A DNA stretch of 50,420 bases, from positions 1-50,420 of the forward strand of contig JAFGEN010000354.1 of NCBI GenBank assembly GCA_016931595.1, read 5' to 3'. Under the pieces are notes generated by a model. It worked only from the letters and a program-made list of their open reading frames with translations, was not told the DNA's origin and searched no databases. Shown here in pieces: positions 38,240-47,466 of the stretch (positions within the stretch are counted from its first letter, which is position 1; each line of letters begins with the position of its first letter). The position numbers and the translations under genes were made by a program. The stretch comes from Candidatus Aminicenantes bacterium (lineage in GTDB: Bacteria; Acidobacteriota; Aminicenantia; Aminicenantales; UBA4085).

Positions 38240-39169
38240 ATGAACAACATCGACGCCCTCATCGCCAATATTCGGAAGGTATTCGTCGGCGACCCCGAAG
38301 TCGTCCGTCTCGTCGTCACCGCCCTCCTGGCCCGGGGCCACCTTTTGATCGAAGACGTTCCCGGTATCGGCAAAACCCTCCTGGGCGTGGCCCTGGCCCG
38401 ATCGATCGAGTCCTCCTTTCGCCGGATCCAGTTCACCAACGATCTTCTCCCGTCGGACCTCCTGGGGATGTCGATTTTCAACCCCCGGGAAAGCACGTTT
38501 ACTTTTAAGCCCGGCCCTATTTTCAGCCATATCGTCCTGGCCGACGAGATCAACCGAACCACGCCGAAAACCCAGAGCGCGTTGCTCGAGGCGATGAACG
38601 ACCTTCAAGTCACGGTGGACGGAGGCACGTATCCGCTGCCCGTTCCCTTCATGATCATCGCCACCCAGAATCCGATCGAATACCACGGCACCTTTCCCCT
38701 CCCCGAGGCCCAGCTCGACCGGTTCCTTCTCCGGGTCAAGATCGGTTACCCGTCGGCCGACAACGAAAAGGAGATCATCCGCGGCCGGGACCTCTACCAG
38801 CTGGCCGCCCGCCTCGAGCCGGTTCTCACCCCGGCCGAGGTCAACAGCCTCCAGGACCGGGTTGATTCGATCCGGGTCGACGACGCCCTTCTCGGATACA
38901 TCGTCGCCCTGGCCTCGGAGACGCGGCGGACCAAGGGAATCAAGCTCGGCGTCAGCCCGCGCGGCTCGCTTCTCCTCCGCCGGGCCGCCCAGGCCCATGC
39001 CCTGACGTTCGGGCGGGATCATGTCCTGCCCGACGACATCAAACGCATCGCCGCGCCCGTCCTGACCCACCGGATCGTCATCGAGTCGCAGTCGTTCGGC
39101 CTCCTCCGCATCCATGAATCGGACACGATCGTCCAAGGCGTCCTGGACCGCGTGCCTATTCCGCTCTAA
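38240..39169 (+). CDS. MoxR-family AAA+ ATPase
   Basis: GHLLIEDVPGIGKT, RIQFTNDLLPSD, DEINRTTPKTQSALLEAM, ATQNPIE..GTFPLPEAQLDRF, GVSPRG. Confidence 0.97.
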   Translation: MNNIDALIANIRKVFVGDPEVVRLVVTALLARGHLLIEDVPGIGKTLLGVALARSIESSFRRIQFTNDLLPSDLLGMSIFNPRESTFTFKPGPIFSHIVLADEINRTTPKTQSALLEAMNDLQVTVDGGTYPLPVPFMIIATQNPIEYHGTFPLPEAQLDRFLLRVKIGYPSADNEKEIIRGRDLYQLAARLEPVLTPAEVNSLQDRVDSIRVDDALLGYIVALASETRRTKGIKLGVSPRGSLLLRRAAQAHALTFGRDHVLPDDIKRIAAPVLTHRIVIESQSFGLLRIHESDTIVQGVLDRVPIPL

Positions 39170-39181
39170 TCCTCCGGTTCC

Positions 39182-42151
39182 ATGCTGACGCGCCTCGGCG
39201 TCCGTTTCGTTCTCGCTGCCGTCCTGGCTCTCTTCGGCGCGGCCACCAGCGGAGCCAATCTTCTTTACCTCATCGACGGGATGCTCTGGTCTCTGCTGGC
39301 GGCTTCCTGGTGGTGGTCCGGGCGGAATCTCCGGGGCATTGCAGCGCGGGCCGAATTCCCCGAGCAGGTGTTCCAGGATACGGATTTTCAATTGGCGCTG
39401 TTCCTGAGGAAGGAAACGGGACGGTCGGCCCACTTCCTCACCGTTCGTTCGCCGTCGGGACAGGCGTTTCTCCCCTTCCTGAAAAAAAGCCGGGAGGAGA
39501 AGACGACGATTCCCGCCCGTCTTCCCCGCCGGGGCTTGAACGAAATCGGGGACGTCTGGCTCGAAAGCGACTTTCCCTTCGGCCTGTTCAGTCGGCGGCG
39601 CCGGATCAGCGGCCTTGTCGGACTCGTCTTTCCCCGGGTGTTTGAGATCTACGGCCGCCAGGCTTCCCCCGCGGTCCGGGCCGAGGAGATCTCGCTGCCC
39701 CGGCGTGGCGTGGGTGAGGATTTCTACGGCCTCCGGGAATACGGAAGCGGCGAGGATTCCCGGCTGATCAACTGGAAGCTGACGGCCAAGACCGGAAAAC
39801 CCATCGTCAAGGAATATGCCGAACAAATCGGCAACCGGGTCACGATCTCGGTCGATGACGCCGAGGGACCGGAGGCCGAGCGGCTCATTTCGGAAGCCGC
39901 ATCGCTGGCCAAATACTTTATCGACGCCGGGGCCGATGTCCGGCTCAAGACCCCCGAGGCGACGGTCGTTTTCGGTCACGGACTGATTCATCTCGGTTTG
40001 ATTTTCAAGACCCTGGCCCTGCTCGGCCGGGGAAAGGTCGTCGAGCGATTCGCCCGGCCCCTCCCGAAAATCAAAATCCGGGCGTTCCCGGAGGAGAATC
40101 CCCTTTCCCTCTTCGCCTACCTGACGGCGGCGATCGCCTTCGCCTCGATGTTCCTGATCGAGGAACTCAACCCGCTTCCGCTCCTGGCCTATTTCGCCCT
40201 CTTCCCCCTCAGCCTGCTTTGTGACCGGAACAATCGGTATCCGCTGCCGAGGCTCGCGTTCGACCTCACGGCCGCCGCCTATCTCTTGTTTTTTTTCTTG
40301 TACGACCTGCCCGGGGCCGGTTCGCTTCGGGCCGTCTCCCGTCTGATCCTGTTCATCCTGGCCTACCTCCTGTTGACTCCGAAAACCGGCCGGGCGCCCG
40401 GCCAGCTGTTGACCGCCTCGTTTCTCGTCTTCTTTCTCGCCTCCGGCCAAGCCCTGAGCCTCTGGTATTTTCCGCTCTTCCTGGCCTTCTTTCTGGCCGC
40501 GGGAGCCTGGTTGATCGACCGGCGGGATCCCCGGCCGCGGCCGAGGAAGCCGAACTGGGGGAAAACGCTCATGTCGGTCATGGGAACGGCCGTTGTGCTC
40601 GCGGCCGTGGCCTTCATCTCTCTCCCCCGGCCCTACAGCGTCCGGATGCAGCAAATCCTGGCCTCGACCGGCCTGACCCGTTTCCATCTCTCGATGAGGA
40701 ACTTTTCGGGCCTGACCGAGCGCGTCGAGCTCGGCTATCTCGGACCGATTCACAAAAACACCACCCGGGTCATGCGGGTGACCATCGAGGACGTCACTGG
40801 GGACACCCGGCCCGAAGCCGTCCATGTCCGGGGCACAGCCTTCGACCTGTTCGACGGACACCGTTGGCGAAAGTCCGAAGTCAACTTCAACTACCGTCTA
40901 GCCGGGCGGGAGGTCCAGACGCGACGGTCCCTGGCCTGGCTGAGGAGGGAACAGGGCGTCATCTACAGCCCCGGCCATGACCCGGAAAAACCGTCCCGGG
41001 GCGAGCGATTCGTCATCTACCCCCTGCTGAACACGAATCTCGTCTTCTTCGTCGGAGCCCCGGCGGCGATCGAATCGTCTTTTCGAAGCGCATATTTCGA
41101 CTTCACCGACACGGCCTATTTTCCCGGGGCCTATCTCGAGGGGACTCAATACCGCGTCCTGAGCCAGAACCGGGACCCGGACTTCTCCCGGGCGATCGAA
41201 GACTACGACCGGATTCTCAATGAGTATTATCTTCAGCTTCCGGTCCCCGCGGACGACCGGATCCGGCGCCTGGCCCTGGAATTCGCCGGCCGGGCCGAAA
41301 CTCCCCGGGCAAGGGCTGAAGCTGTCGCGGGCCGCCTTCAGGATGAATATTCCTATTCCCTGGCCACGGCCCACGGCCGCCAGGATATCGGCGGCTTCCT
41401 CTTTGAGTCAAAAGCCGGCAACTGCGAATATTTTGCCTCGGCCATGTGTCTGCTGCTGCGCACGCTCGAGATTCCCACGCGCCTGGTCGTCGGATTCCTG
41501 GGGTCGGAATGGAATGAATACGGAAATTTCTTCGATATCCGTCAGAGCGACTCCCACGCCTGGGTTGAAGTTTACCTGCCGGACTCCGGCTGGACGACGT
41601 TCGACCCGACTCCGCCCGATTTCTCGGCCAAAGGGCCCGCCTCGCTCATCTCCCGCGTCTGGACCGCCCTCGCTCAGCAGTTCGAGGCCCTCCAATTCCG
41701 CTGGTATCGCCATGTCGTCGGATTCGACACCTACACCCAGAGGAATGTCCTCTACAACCTGGTCCGGAAAGTCTCCGACGCGCTGATCCCTCTCATCCTC
41801 GGCCTGGCCGCCCTTGTCCTGGCACTCTTCGTCGTCCTCAAAGCCGGGTCCAGGGGGAAGCTCCCCTCCTGGAAGCCGGCCAGAAAAAAGCCGGATGATT
41901 TTTATGAAACGGTCCTCAACCGTCTCGGCCGGGTCGGTTTTGTCAGAAAGCCGTCGCATACGGCGGCCGAATATGCCGGGAACCTCGCCTCGGCCCATCC
42001 TGAATTGAGCCCGCTCGAGGGGCTGGCCGCCCGTCATTACGAACTCCGCTACGCCGGCCGGGCCCTGGAGGAGGCGGAACAGAGAGACATCGTCCGCATG
42101 TCCAACGAGATTGTCTCGACCGCCCGCCGTATAAAAAAAGAAAAGACTTGA
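39182..42151 (+). CDS. Fusion of DUF58, a DUF3488-like membrane region, a transglutaminase domain (TgpA-like) and a DUF4129-like tail
   Basis: FPFGLF...EDFYGLREY..GEDSRLINWKLTAK (DUF58); 7-8 TM helices; RGTAFDLFDG..W; triad GNCEYFASA, SHAWVEVY, FDPT; one 989-aa frame. Confidence 0.88.
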   Translation: MLTRLGVRFVLAAVLALFGAATSGANLLYLIDGMLWSLLAASWWWSGRNLRGIAARAEFPEQVFQDTDFQLALFLRKETGRSAHFLTVRSPSGQAFLPFLKKSREEKTTIPARLPRRGLNEIGDVWLESDFPFGLFSRRRRISGLVGLVFPRVFEIYGRQASPAVRAEEISLPRRGVGEDFYGLREYGSGEDSRLINWKLTAKTGKPIVKEYAEQIGNRVTISVDDAEGPEAERLISEAASLAKYFIDAGADVRLKTPEATVVFGHGLIHLGLIFKTLALLGRGKVVERFARPLPKIKIRAFPEENPLSLFAYLTAAIAFASMFLIEELNPLPLLAYFALFPLSLLCDRNNRYPLPRLAFDLTAAAYLLFFFLYDLPGAGSLRAVSRLILFILAYLLLTPKTGRAPGQLLTASFLVFFLASGQALSLWYFPLFLAFFLAAGAWLIDRRDPRPRPRKPNWGKTLMSVMGTAVVLAAVAFISLPRPYSVRMQQILASTGLTRFHLSMRNFSGLTERVELGYLGPIHKNTTRVMRVTIEDVTGDTRPEAVHVRGTAFDLFDGHRWRKSEVNFNYRLAGREVQTRRSLAWLRREQGVIYSPGHDPEKPSRGERFVIYPLLNTNLVFFVGAPAAIESSFRSAYFDFTDTAYFPGAYLEGTQYRVLSQNRDPDFSRAIEDYDRILNEYYLQLPVPADDRIRRLALEFAGRAETPRARAEAVAGRLQDEYSYSLATAHGRQDIGGFLFESKAGNCEYFASAMCLLLRTLEIPTRLVVGFLGSEWNEYGNFFDIRQSDSHAWVEVYLPDSGWTTFDPTPPDFSAKGPASLISRVWTALAQQFEALQFRWYRHVVGFDTYTQRNVLYNLVRKVSDALIPLILGLAALVLALFVVLKAGSRGKLPSWKPARKKPDDFYETVLNRLGRVGFVRKPSHTAAEYAGNLASAHPELSPLEGLAARHYELRYAGRALEEAEQRDIVRMSNEIVSTARRIKKEKT

Positions 42152-42196
42152 TCCGCTTGCAATCCATTGGAGATTTGGATAGTCTTTTCTTCCTTC

Positions 42197-42613
42197 ATGA
42201 AAAGTTTCCGTAAGGAACTCTATTTCGAGGTCCCCAGCCGGCGGGGATTCGTCAACATCACCCCCCGGGTCGAGGCCTGTCTCAGGGAAAGCAAGATCCG
42301 CGAAGGCTTTTGTCTCGTCAACTCGATGCATATCACTTCCTCGGTCTTCATCAACGACGATGAAATCGGCCTCCACCATGATTTTGAGGTCTGGCTGGAG
42401 AAGCTTGCCCCCCACGAACCCGTCGGCGCCTACCGCCACAACGGCTTCGAAGACAACGCCGACGCCCACCTGAAGCGGCAGGTCATGGGACGGGAGGTCG
42501 TTGTCGCCGTCACGGACGGGAAGCTCGATTTCGGAACCTGGGAGCGGATTTTCTACGGAGAGTTCGACGGAAAACGGAAAAAACGCGTCCTGGTCAAAAT
42601 CATCGGAGAATAA
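42197..42613 (+). CDS. YjbQ/UPF0047 family protein
   Basis: [44 protein letters not shown]. Confidence 0.92.
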   Translation: MKSFRKELYFEVPSRRGFVNITPRVEACLRESKIREGFCLVNSMHITSSVFINDDEIGLHHDFEVWLEKLAPHEPVGAYRHNGFEDNADAHLKRQVMGREVVVAVTDGKLDFGTWERIFYGEFDGKRKKRVLVKIIGE

Positions 42614-42644
42614 TCGCATTTTTCATCATATACCGGAGGTCATC

Positions 42645-44192
42645 ATGAAACACCGCAACCTGTCGCTGGCTCTTCTTCCCGCCGTTCTCCTCGTCCTCTG
42701 CTCCCTCCCCGCCTCATCGACCGGCCGGAACCCGGCCAAGGCGAAAGTCAAAATCGAGAAGGAAAAGCAAACCGTCCTGGATTGGCTTTCCCGTCCTGAA
42801 ACGGTGACCCGGTTCGGCAATATTTCCGACACCATCTGGGAATATGCCGAGCTCGGTCTCCAGGAATTCCGCTCGTCCAAGCTCCTGGCCGACACCCTCG
42901 AGGAAGCGGGCTTTTCTGTCGAGCGCGGACTGGCGGGCATGCCGACTTGCTTTGTCGGGACTTACGGCTCCGGGAAACCGGTCATCGGCCTGTTGGGCGA
43001 GTTCGACGCCCTGCCCATGCTCTCCCAGAAGGCCAACGTCCCGCGTCAGGACCCGCTCGTTCCGGGCGCACCCGGCCACGGCTGCGGCCATAACTCGATG
43101 GCCACGGCGGCCGTTTCGGCGGCCATCGCCGTCAAGGAAGCGATGGACAAGCACCATCTGTCCGGGACGATCAAAGTCTTCGGCTCGCCGGCCGAGGAGA
43201 TCGTCGCCAGCCGGCCTTACATGGTCCGGGCCGGTTTGTTCGAGGGCGTCGACGCGGTCATCGACAATCACAGCGGCGACGGCCTGAGCACGGGCTACGG
43301 CCGGAACGGCAATGCGCTGTTCTCGGCCATCTTTTCCTTCAAGGGCAAGACCTCCCACGGGGCCTCGGCCTGGTCGGGCCGGAGCGCCCTGGACGCCGTC
43401 GAAATCATGAACGTCGCGACCAACTACCTCCGGGAGCACCTTCCCATCTCCCATCGGATGCATTACATCGTTTTCGAGGGAGGGGAAGCGCCCAACGTCG
43501 TCCCGGACAAGGCCAGCGTTTGGTACTATGTCCGTAACACCGATGCGCTCCTCATGGACATGTACGAACGGGTCGTGAACTGCGCCAAGGCCGCGGCCCT
43601 GGCCACGGGGACGGAGCTCCTCCCCATCCGGGTCATCAGCGCCATCCATCAAAGCCACCTCAACAAAGGGATGGCCGAGCTCCTCCAGAAAAACATCGAG
43701 ATCGTCGGAATGCCGGCCTGGTCGGAGGAGGAAATCGGTTTCGCCAAGGCCCTCCAGAAAGAGCTCAAAGCCGAGGAAACCGGCATGCCCGCCGAAGTCG
43801 GCAAGCTCCGCGAACCGCGCGGAGACCAGACCGGCGGCGGCTCCACGGACGTCGGGGAGGTGACCCTGGTCGCCCCCACAGCCTCTGTCTATTTCCCCGG
43901 ACGCGTGCCGGGCTCGATCGCCCACCATTGGTCGGCCGTCGCCTGCACCGTTGGAACGGCCATGCACAAGGGCCTCAACGCCGGGGCCAAAGTCATCGCC
44001 GCCTCGGCGGTCGACCTTCTGACAAAACCGGCGGAGCTGAAAAAAATCAGGGAGGAGTTCGAGGCCTACATCGCCAAGAATCCGTACAAGCCCTTCCTCC
44101 CGGCCGACGCGGTCCCGCCCCTGGACCTCAACGAAGCCCTGATGAACAAATTCCGGCCGCTCATGGACAAAGCCGCGGAAATCAAAAAATAG
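42645..44192 (+). CDS. M20 family amidohydrolase (AbgB-like) with a signal peptide
   Basis: AELGLQE, EFDALP, GHGCGHN, PAEE, GRSALDA, PNVVP, GSTDVG; GGAGG RBS before ATG 42645. Confidence 0.9.
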   Translation: MKHRNLSLALLPAVLLVLCSLPASSTGRNPAKAKVKIEKEKQTVLDWLSRPETVTRFGNISDTIWEYAELGLQEFRSSKLLADTLEEAGFSVERGLAGMPTCFVGTYGSGKPVIGLLGEFDALPMLSQKANVPRQDPLVPGAPGHGCGHNSMATAAVSAAIAVKEAMDKHHLSGTIKVFGSPAEEIVASRPYMVRAGLFEGVDAVIDNHSGDGLSTGYGRNGNALFSAIFSFKGKTSHGASAWSGRSALDAVEIMNVATNYLREHLPISHRMHYIVFEGGEAPNVVPDKASVWYYVRNTDALLMDMYERVVNCAKAAALATGTELLPIRVISAIHQSHLNKGMAELLQKNIEIVGMPAWSEEEIGFAKALQKELKAEETGMPAEVGKLREPRGDQTGGGSTDVGEVTLVAPTASVYFPGRVPGSIAHHWSAVACTVGTAMHKGLNAGAKVIAASAVDLLTKPAELKKIREEFEAYIAKNPYKPFLPADAVPPLDLNEALMNKFRPLMDKAAEIKK

Positions 44193-44253
44193 CTAGGGCG
44201 CGTCTGGAGAGAGGCTTTTCGGCTATTGGGAATTACACCGAGATCTGCGGCGT

Positions 44254-45459
44254 TCAGCCCTCTTTCCCCACCACGTCCTTGCGAAGGGCGCTGTTGCCCC
44301 CCTCGTTGGTGAATCGGACGAAGGGCCGGGAACGGTCGAGAAGATAGCGATACGTGACGTGGGTTTTCTTGTGGATGCCGCCGATCTGCTCGTAGATCTT
44401 CCGCATCCGGGGGTTGTAATCCCCCACCCATGACAGCTCGATTTCCTTGTAGTGCGGCCGGGATTGGACGGCCCGGACGAAATGGAGGAACAGCGGCCCG
44501 ATGACGCTGGAGTTCTGAAACTCAGGGACGACCCCGGCCAGGAGGACGCGGTTCCGGGTAATCGTTTTCCCTTTGACCATCCGGAGAAACGTGAGCGTCT
44601 GCCACCAGTGCAGGCGGCCGTTGAACTTGGCCAGGACCTGGTTGATGTCCGGGAAGGTGACGACAACGCCGATCGGCTGTTCGTCCTTGTAGGCGAACCA
44701 GACAAAATCCTCGACGATGATCGGCTCCGCCGCCTTGATGATCCGTCCGATTTCAGCGGCCGAGACCGGCTGGTAGTCTTCCATGTAATCAGCCCAGGTC
44801 CGGTTCAGGATCTCGACCAGGTCGGCGATGAAGCGGGTCGAATGTTTTTTATCGTAGGGGCGAAAGGCATACGTCCCTTTCTTGATGATATGCTCGGCGA
44901 ATTTGACCATTCGCTCGGGAAACGGCTCGGCCAGGTCCTTGTGGTAGGAAAACTGGCGGAAATACTCCTGGAAGCCGTATCCTTCCAGGAGCGTCCTGTA
45001 ATAGGGCTTGTTGTAGGGCATCCCATAGCCCTGGGGCATGAATCCTTCGACCAGGACGCCCCAGTTGCTGAAATTGGCCCCGAAATTGACGCTGGCGTCG
45101 ATCGCCTGGACCCCGCGGGCGGCCAGCCAATCCCGGGCCGCATCGAGCATCAAGGCGGCCGCGGCCGGGTCGTCCGGGCATTCGAAAAAGCCGACGCCCC
45201 CCTCGGCCGGGTTCTTCCTCTTCACTTTTTCAAAATCGACGAAAGCGCCGATTCGTCCCACGGCCCGCCCGCCTCCGTCCCGCAGGACCCAGCGGACCGC
45301 CTCGCCGTGGTCGAACGAGGCGTTTTTCTTCGGGTCGAAGACCGCCTCAACCTCCATGTCCAGGGGCGCGATCCAGTTCGGGTCGCCGGCGTAAATCGAC
45401 CTGGCGACGTCGTGGAAGACGCGGGTTCCGATCGCGGCGGAGATTTCCTGAAGCGTCAT
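44254..45459 (-). CDS. GNAT-fold N-acetyltransferase (YghO-like)
   Basis: IY..DPNWIAPL, GRIGA, GFFEC, GVLVEGF, MPYNKPYY, PDINQ, GVVPEFQ, ELSWV..YN..M; GGAGGT RBS before ATG 45459. Confidence 0.8.
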   Translation of the reverse strand: MTLQEISAAIGTRVFHDVARSIYAGDPNWIAPLDMEVEAVFDPKKNASFDHGEAVRWVLRDGGGRAVGRIGAFVDFEKVKRKNPAEGGVGFFECPDDPAAAALMLDAARDWLAARGVQAIDASVNFGANFSNWGVLVEGFMPQGYGMPYNKPYYRTLLEGYGFQEYFRQFSYHKDLAEPFPERMVKFAEHIIKKGTYAFRPYDKKHSTRFIADLVEILNRTWADYMEDYQPVSAAEIGRIIKAAEPIIVEDFVWFAYKDEQPIGVVVTFPDINQVLAKFNGRLHWWQTLTFLRMVKGKTITRNRVLLAGVVPEFQNSSVIGPLFLHFVRAVQSRPHYKEIELSWVGDYNPRMRKIYEQIGGIHKKTHVTYRYLLDRSRPFVRFTNEGGNSALRKDVVGKEG

Positions 45460-45466
45460 CGGGCCT

Positions 45467-45919
45467 TTACCTCCGTCCATAGTCGATCTCGTCGGGCAGC
45501 TCGTTTCTGTCGGTTGCGCGGTCATGGGGGAAATGGGCGGCCAGGCGCTCTCCGGCCGTCCGGATGCCCTCGATCAATCCATCGGTGAACTCCCCATTCC
45601 GGAAACGCCGGGAAAGCGCCGAAGCCGTCTCCGTCCAGAAATCCGGTCCGACCCGGGCATGAATGCCTTCGTCGCCCAGAATGACGAATTTTCGGCGCGA
45701 GGGAACGATATAGAAGAGGATCCCGTTGCGATCTTTGGTCGCGTCCATCTTGAGGCGATGGAAGGCCCTCTCCGCCGTGGGTCGGACGGGACCCCAGAAA
45801 AAGCGGGATATGGAAACACGGATCTCCCCGGATGTCCGATATTCCGCCTCTGCGATCGCTTCCAGAACGCGGGCCTCATCGATCCTGACAAGCCAGTGTG
45901 GGCGAAACCTGATCGCCAT
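45467..45919 (-). CDS. TPM domain protein
   Basis: AIAEAEYRTSGEIRV, TKDRNGILFY, ILGDEGI, NELPD. Confidence 0.9.
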   Translation of the reverse strand: MAIRFRPHWLVRIDEARVLEAIAEAEYRTSGEIRVSISRFFWGPVRPTAERAFHRLKMDATKDRNGILFYIVPSRRKFVILGDEGIHARVGPDFWTETASALSRRFRNGEFTDGLIEGIRTAGERLAAHFPHDRATDRNELPDEIDYGRR

Positions 45920-45930
45920 GTCCGCCTCCT

Positions 45931-46683
45931 TCACCATCCCCCGGAGGCGCCGCCGCCTCCGGAGCGCCCGCCGCCGCCGCGGAATCCCCCGCCTCCCCCT
46001 CCGCTTCCACGGCCTCCGGAAAGAAGGCTGAACAGAAGCCAGAGAGCCAGACGGGGATTGGTTATGAAGAGAATCAGAAAGATGACCCCGCCGATAATGA
46101 GAAAAATCGGAGGGATTTCATCCCGACCGCCGTCCCGGTCCCGGAGGGGTCGTTCGCCATCAGAAGCGGGCTTGCCCTCGATCGTCTCCAGGAGGGAAAC
46201 GACCGCATCCCGGACGGCCGCATCCGCTTCTCCCCGCTGAATCCCGGCGGCGAGGACATCCCGGATCAGCCGGCCGGCGATGGAGTCGGTGACGACCCCT
46301 TCCAGGCCGTAGCCGACCTCGATCCGGATCTTGCGGTCGTCTGAGAAAATGAAAAGAACCAGACCATCCTCCAGCCCTTTCCGGCCGACCTTCCAGGCGG
46401 CAAAGGCACGGGCGGCGAAATCTTCCAGGGGGATGTCCCCGGTCGTCCGGGAGATGTACAGGATGACCTGGTGTCCCGTCCGTCGCTCGAATCCTTCCAG
46501 CCGCGAATCGATATCGGCCCTCGTTGCGGGGGAGATGAAGCCGGCCAGGTCGGTCGCCCATCGGTCCGGAGCGGGGGGAATCCCCGTCGCCTGGACGGCG
46601 GCCGAGGCGAGGACGCAGGCCAGAAAAAAACCCGTCGCCGAAAAGAGCCCGCACGGCATCCGCGGGCCGAAGGGCCGCCTCAT
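45931..46683 (-). CDS. TPM domain protein (YgcG-like) with a Gly-rich tail
   Basis: DLAG, GHQV, WKVGRKG..DG, DRKIRIEVGYGLEG, TM helix, GGGGRSGGGGASGGW. Confidence 0.92.
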   Translation of the reverse strand: MRRPFGPRMPCGLFSATGFFLACVLASAAVQATGIPPAPDRWATDLAGFISPATRADIDSRLEGFERRTGHQVILYISRTTGDIPLEDFAARAFAAWKVGRKGLEDGLVLFIFSDDRKIRIEVGYGLEGVVTDSIAGRLIRDVLAAGIQRGEADAAVRDAVVSLLETIEGKPASDGERPLRDRDGGRDEIPPIFLIIGGVIFLILFITNPRLALWLLFSLLSGGRGSGGGGGGFRGGGGRSGGGGASGGW

Positions 46684-46705
46684 CGTCTTAGACCGGATCG
46701 ACTGC

Positions 46706-47353
46706 TCAGTCGAACTTTACCGCCGGGGCTTTGTCCGCCCCGGGCTGGGACTTGAAGTAAGACTTCTCGGCAAACCGGTTGCCGAAGAATCCGGCAAGGA
46801 GGACCGTGGGGAAGCTCATCCGCTTGGTATTGAAGGCCTGGGCCGATTCGTTGAAAACACGACGCTCCTGGGTGATCCGGTTCTCCGTCCCCTCGAGCTG
46901 GTCCTGGAGCATTTTAAAGTTTTCCGTGGCCTTGAGCTCGGGATAGTTTTCGACGGCCACCAGGAGCCGGGACAAGGCCGAACCCAGTTCGCCCTGAGCC
47001 TGTTCAAACCGGGCGAACGCCTCGGGGTCGTTGACCACATCGGCCCCGACCTGGATCTGTCCGACCTTGGCCCTGGCCTCGGTGACGGCCGTGTAGGTTT
47101 CCCTCTCGAAGCTGGCCGCGCCCTTGACCGTTTCGACCAGGTTCGGCACGAGGTCGGCCCGCCGCTGATAGACGTTCTCGACCTGGCCCCACTTGGCCCT
47201 CACATCCTGGTCGAGCTTGTTGAGGCTGTTATAGGCCCCGATGCCCCACAAGGCCAGGATGACGACGATGACAACGAGGATTCCCAGGCCGCCGAGCAGG
47301 CCGAACCGCCGCTTGGGGGCCGCCGCGGGAATTTGAGGCGTTCCATTGGTCAT
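46706..47353 (-). CDS. lemA: LemA family protein
   Basis: YNSL, WGQVENVYQRRADLVPNLVETVKG, ENYPELKA, QLEGTENRI. Confidence 0.95.
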   Translation of the reverse strand: MTNGTPQIPAAAPKRRFGLLGGLGILVVIVVILALWGIGAYNSLNKLDQDVRAKWGQVENVYQRRADLVPNLVETVKGAASFERETYTAVTEARAKVGQIQVGADVVNDPEAFARFEQAQGELGSALSRLLVAVENYPELKATENFKMLQDQLEGTENRITQERRVFNESAQAFNTKRMSFPTVLLAGFFGNRFAEKSYFKSQPGADKAPAVKFD

Positions 47354-47466
47354 GGTTGTTCTCTCCCTTCAGGAAAATATACGATGGTCGACGGGCACGG
47401 TTTATTGTATCGGGTCGCGGCGCGGGATTCAACCCGCTTCGCCGCCTGAAGCATGGGCAGTCCGGG

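Noticed and set aside
37718-40861. 1047-aa ORF antisense to MoxR and the DUF58 fusion
   Set aside because: Shadow frame of GC3-rich genes; no recognisable motifs, while the sense genes are clearly identified.
45931-46020. GCC/CCG-rich low-complexity repeats
   Set aside because: They encode the ordinary Gly-rich tail of a TPM protein; not a DNA repeat element.
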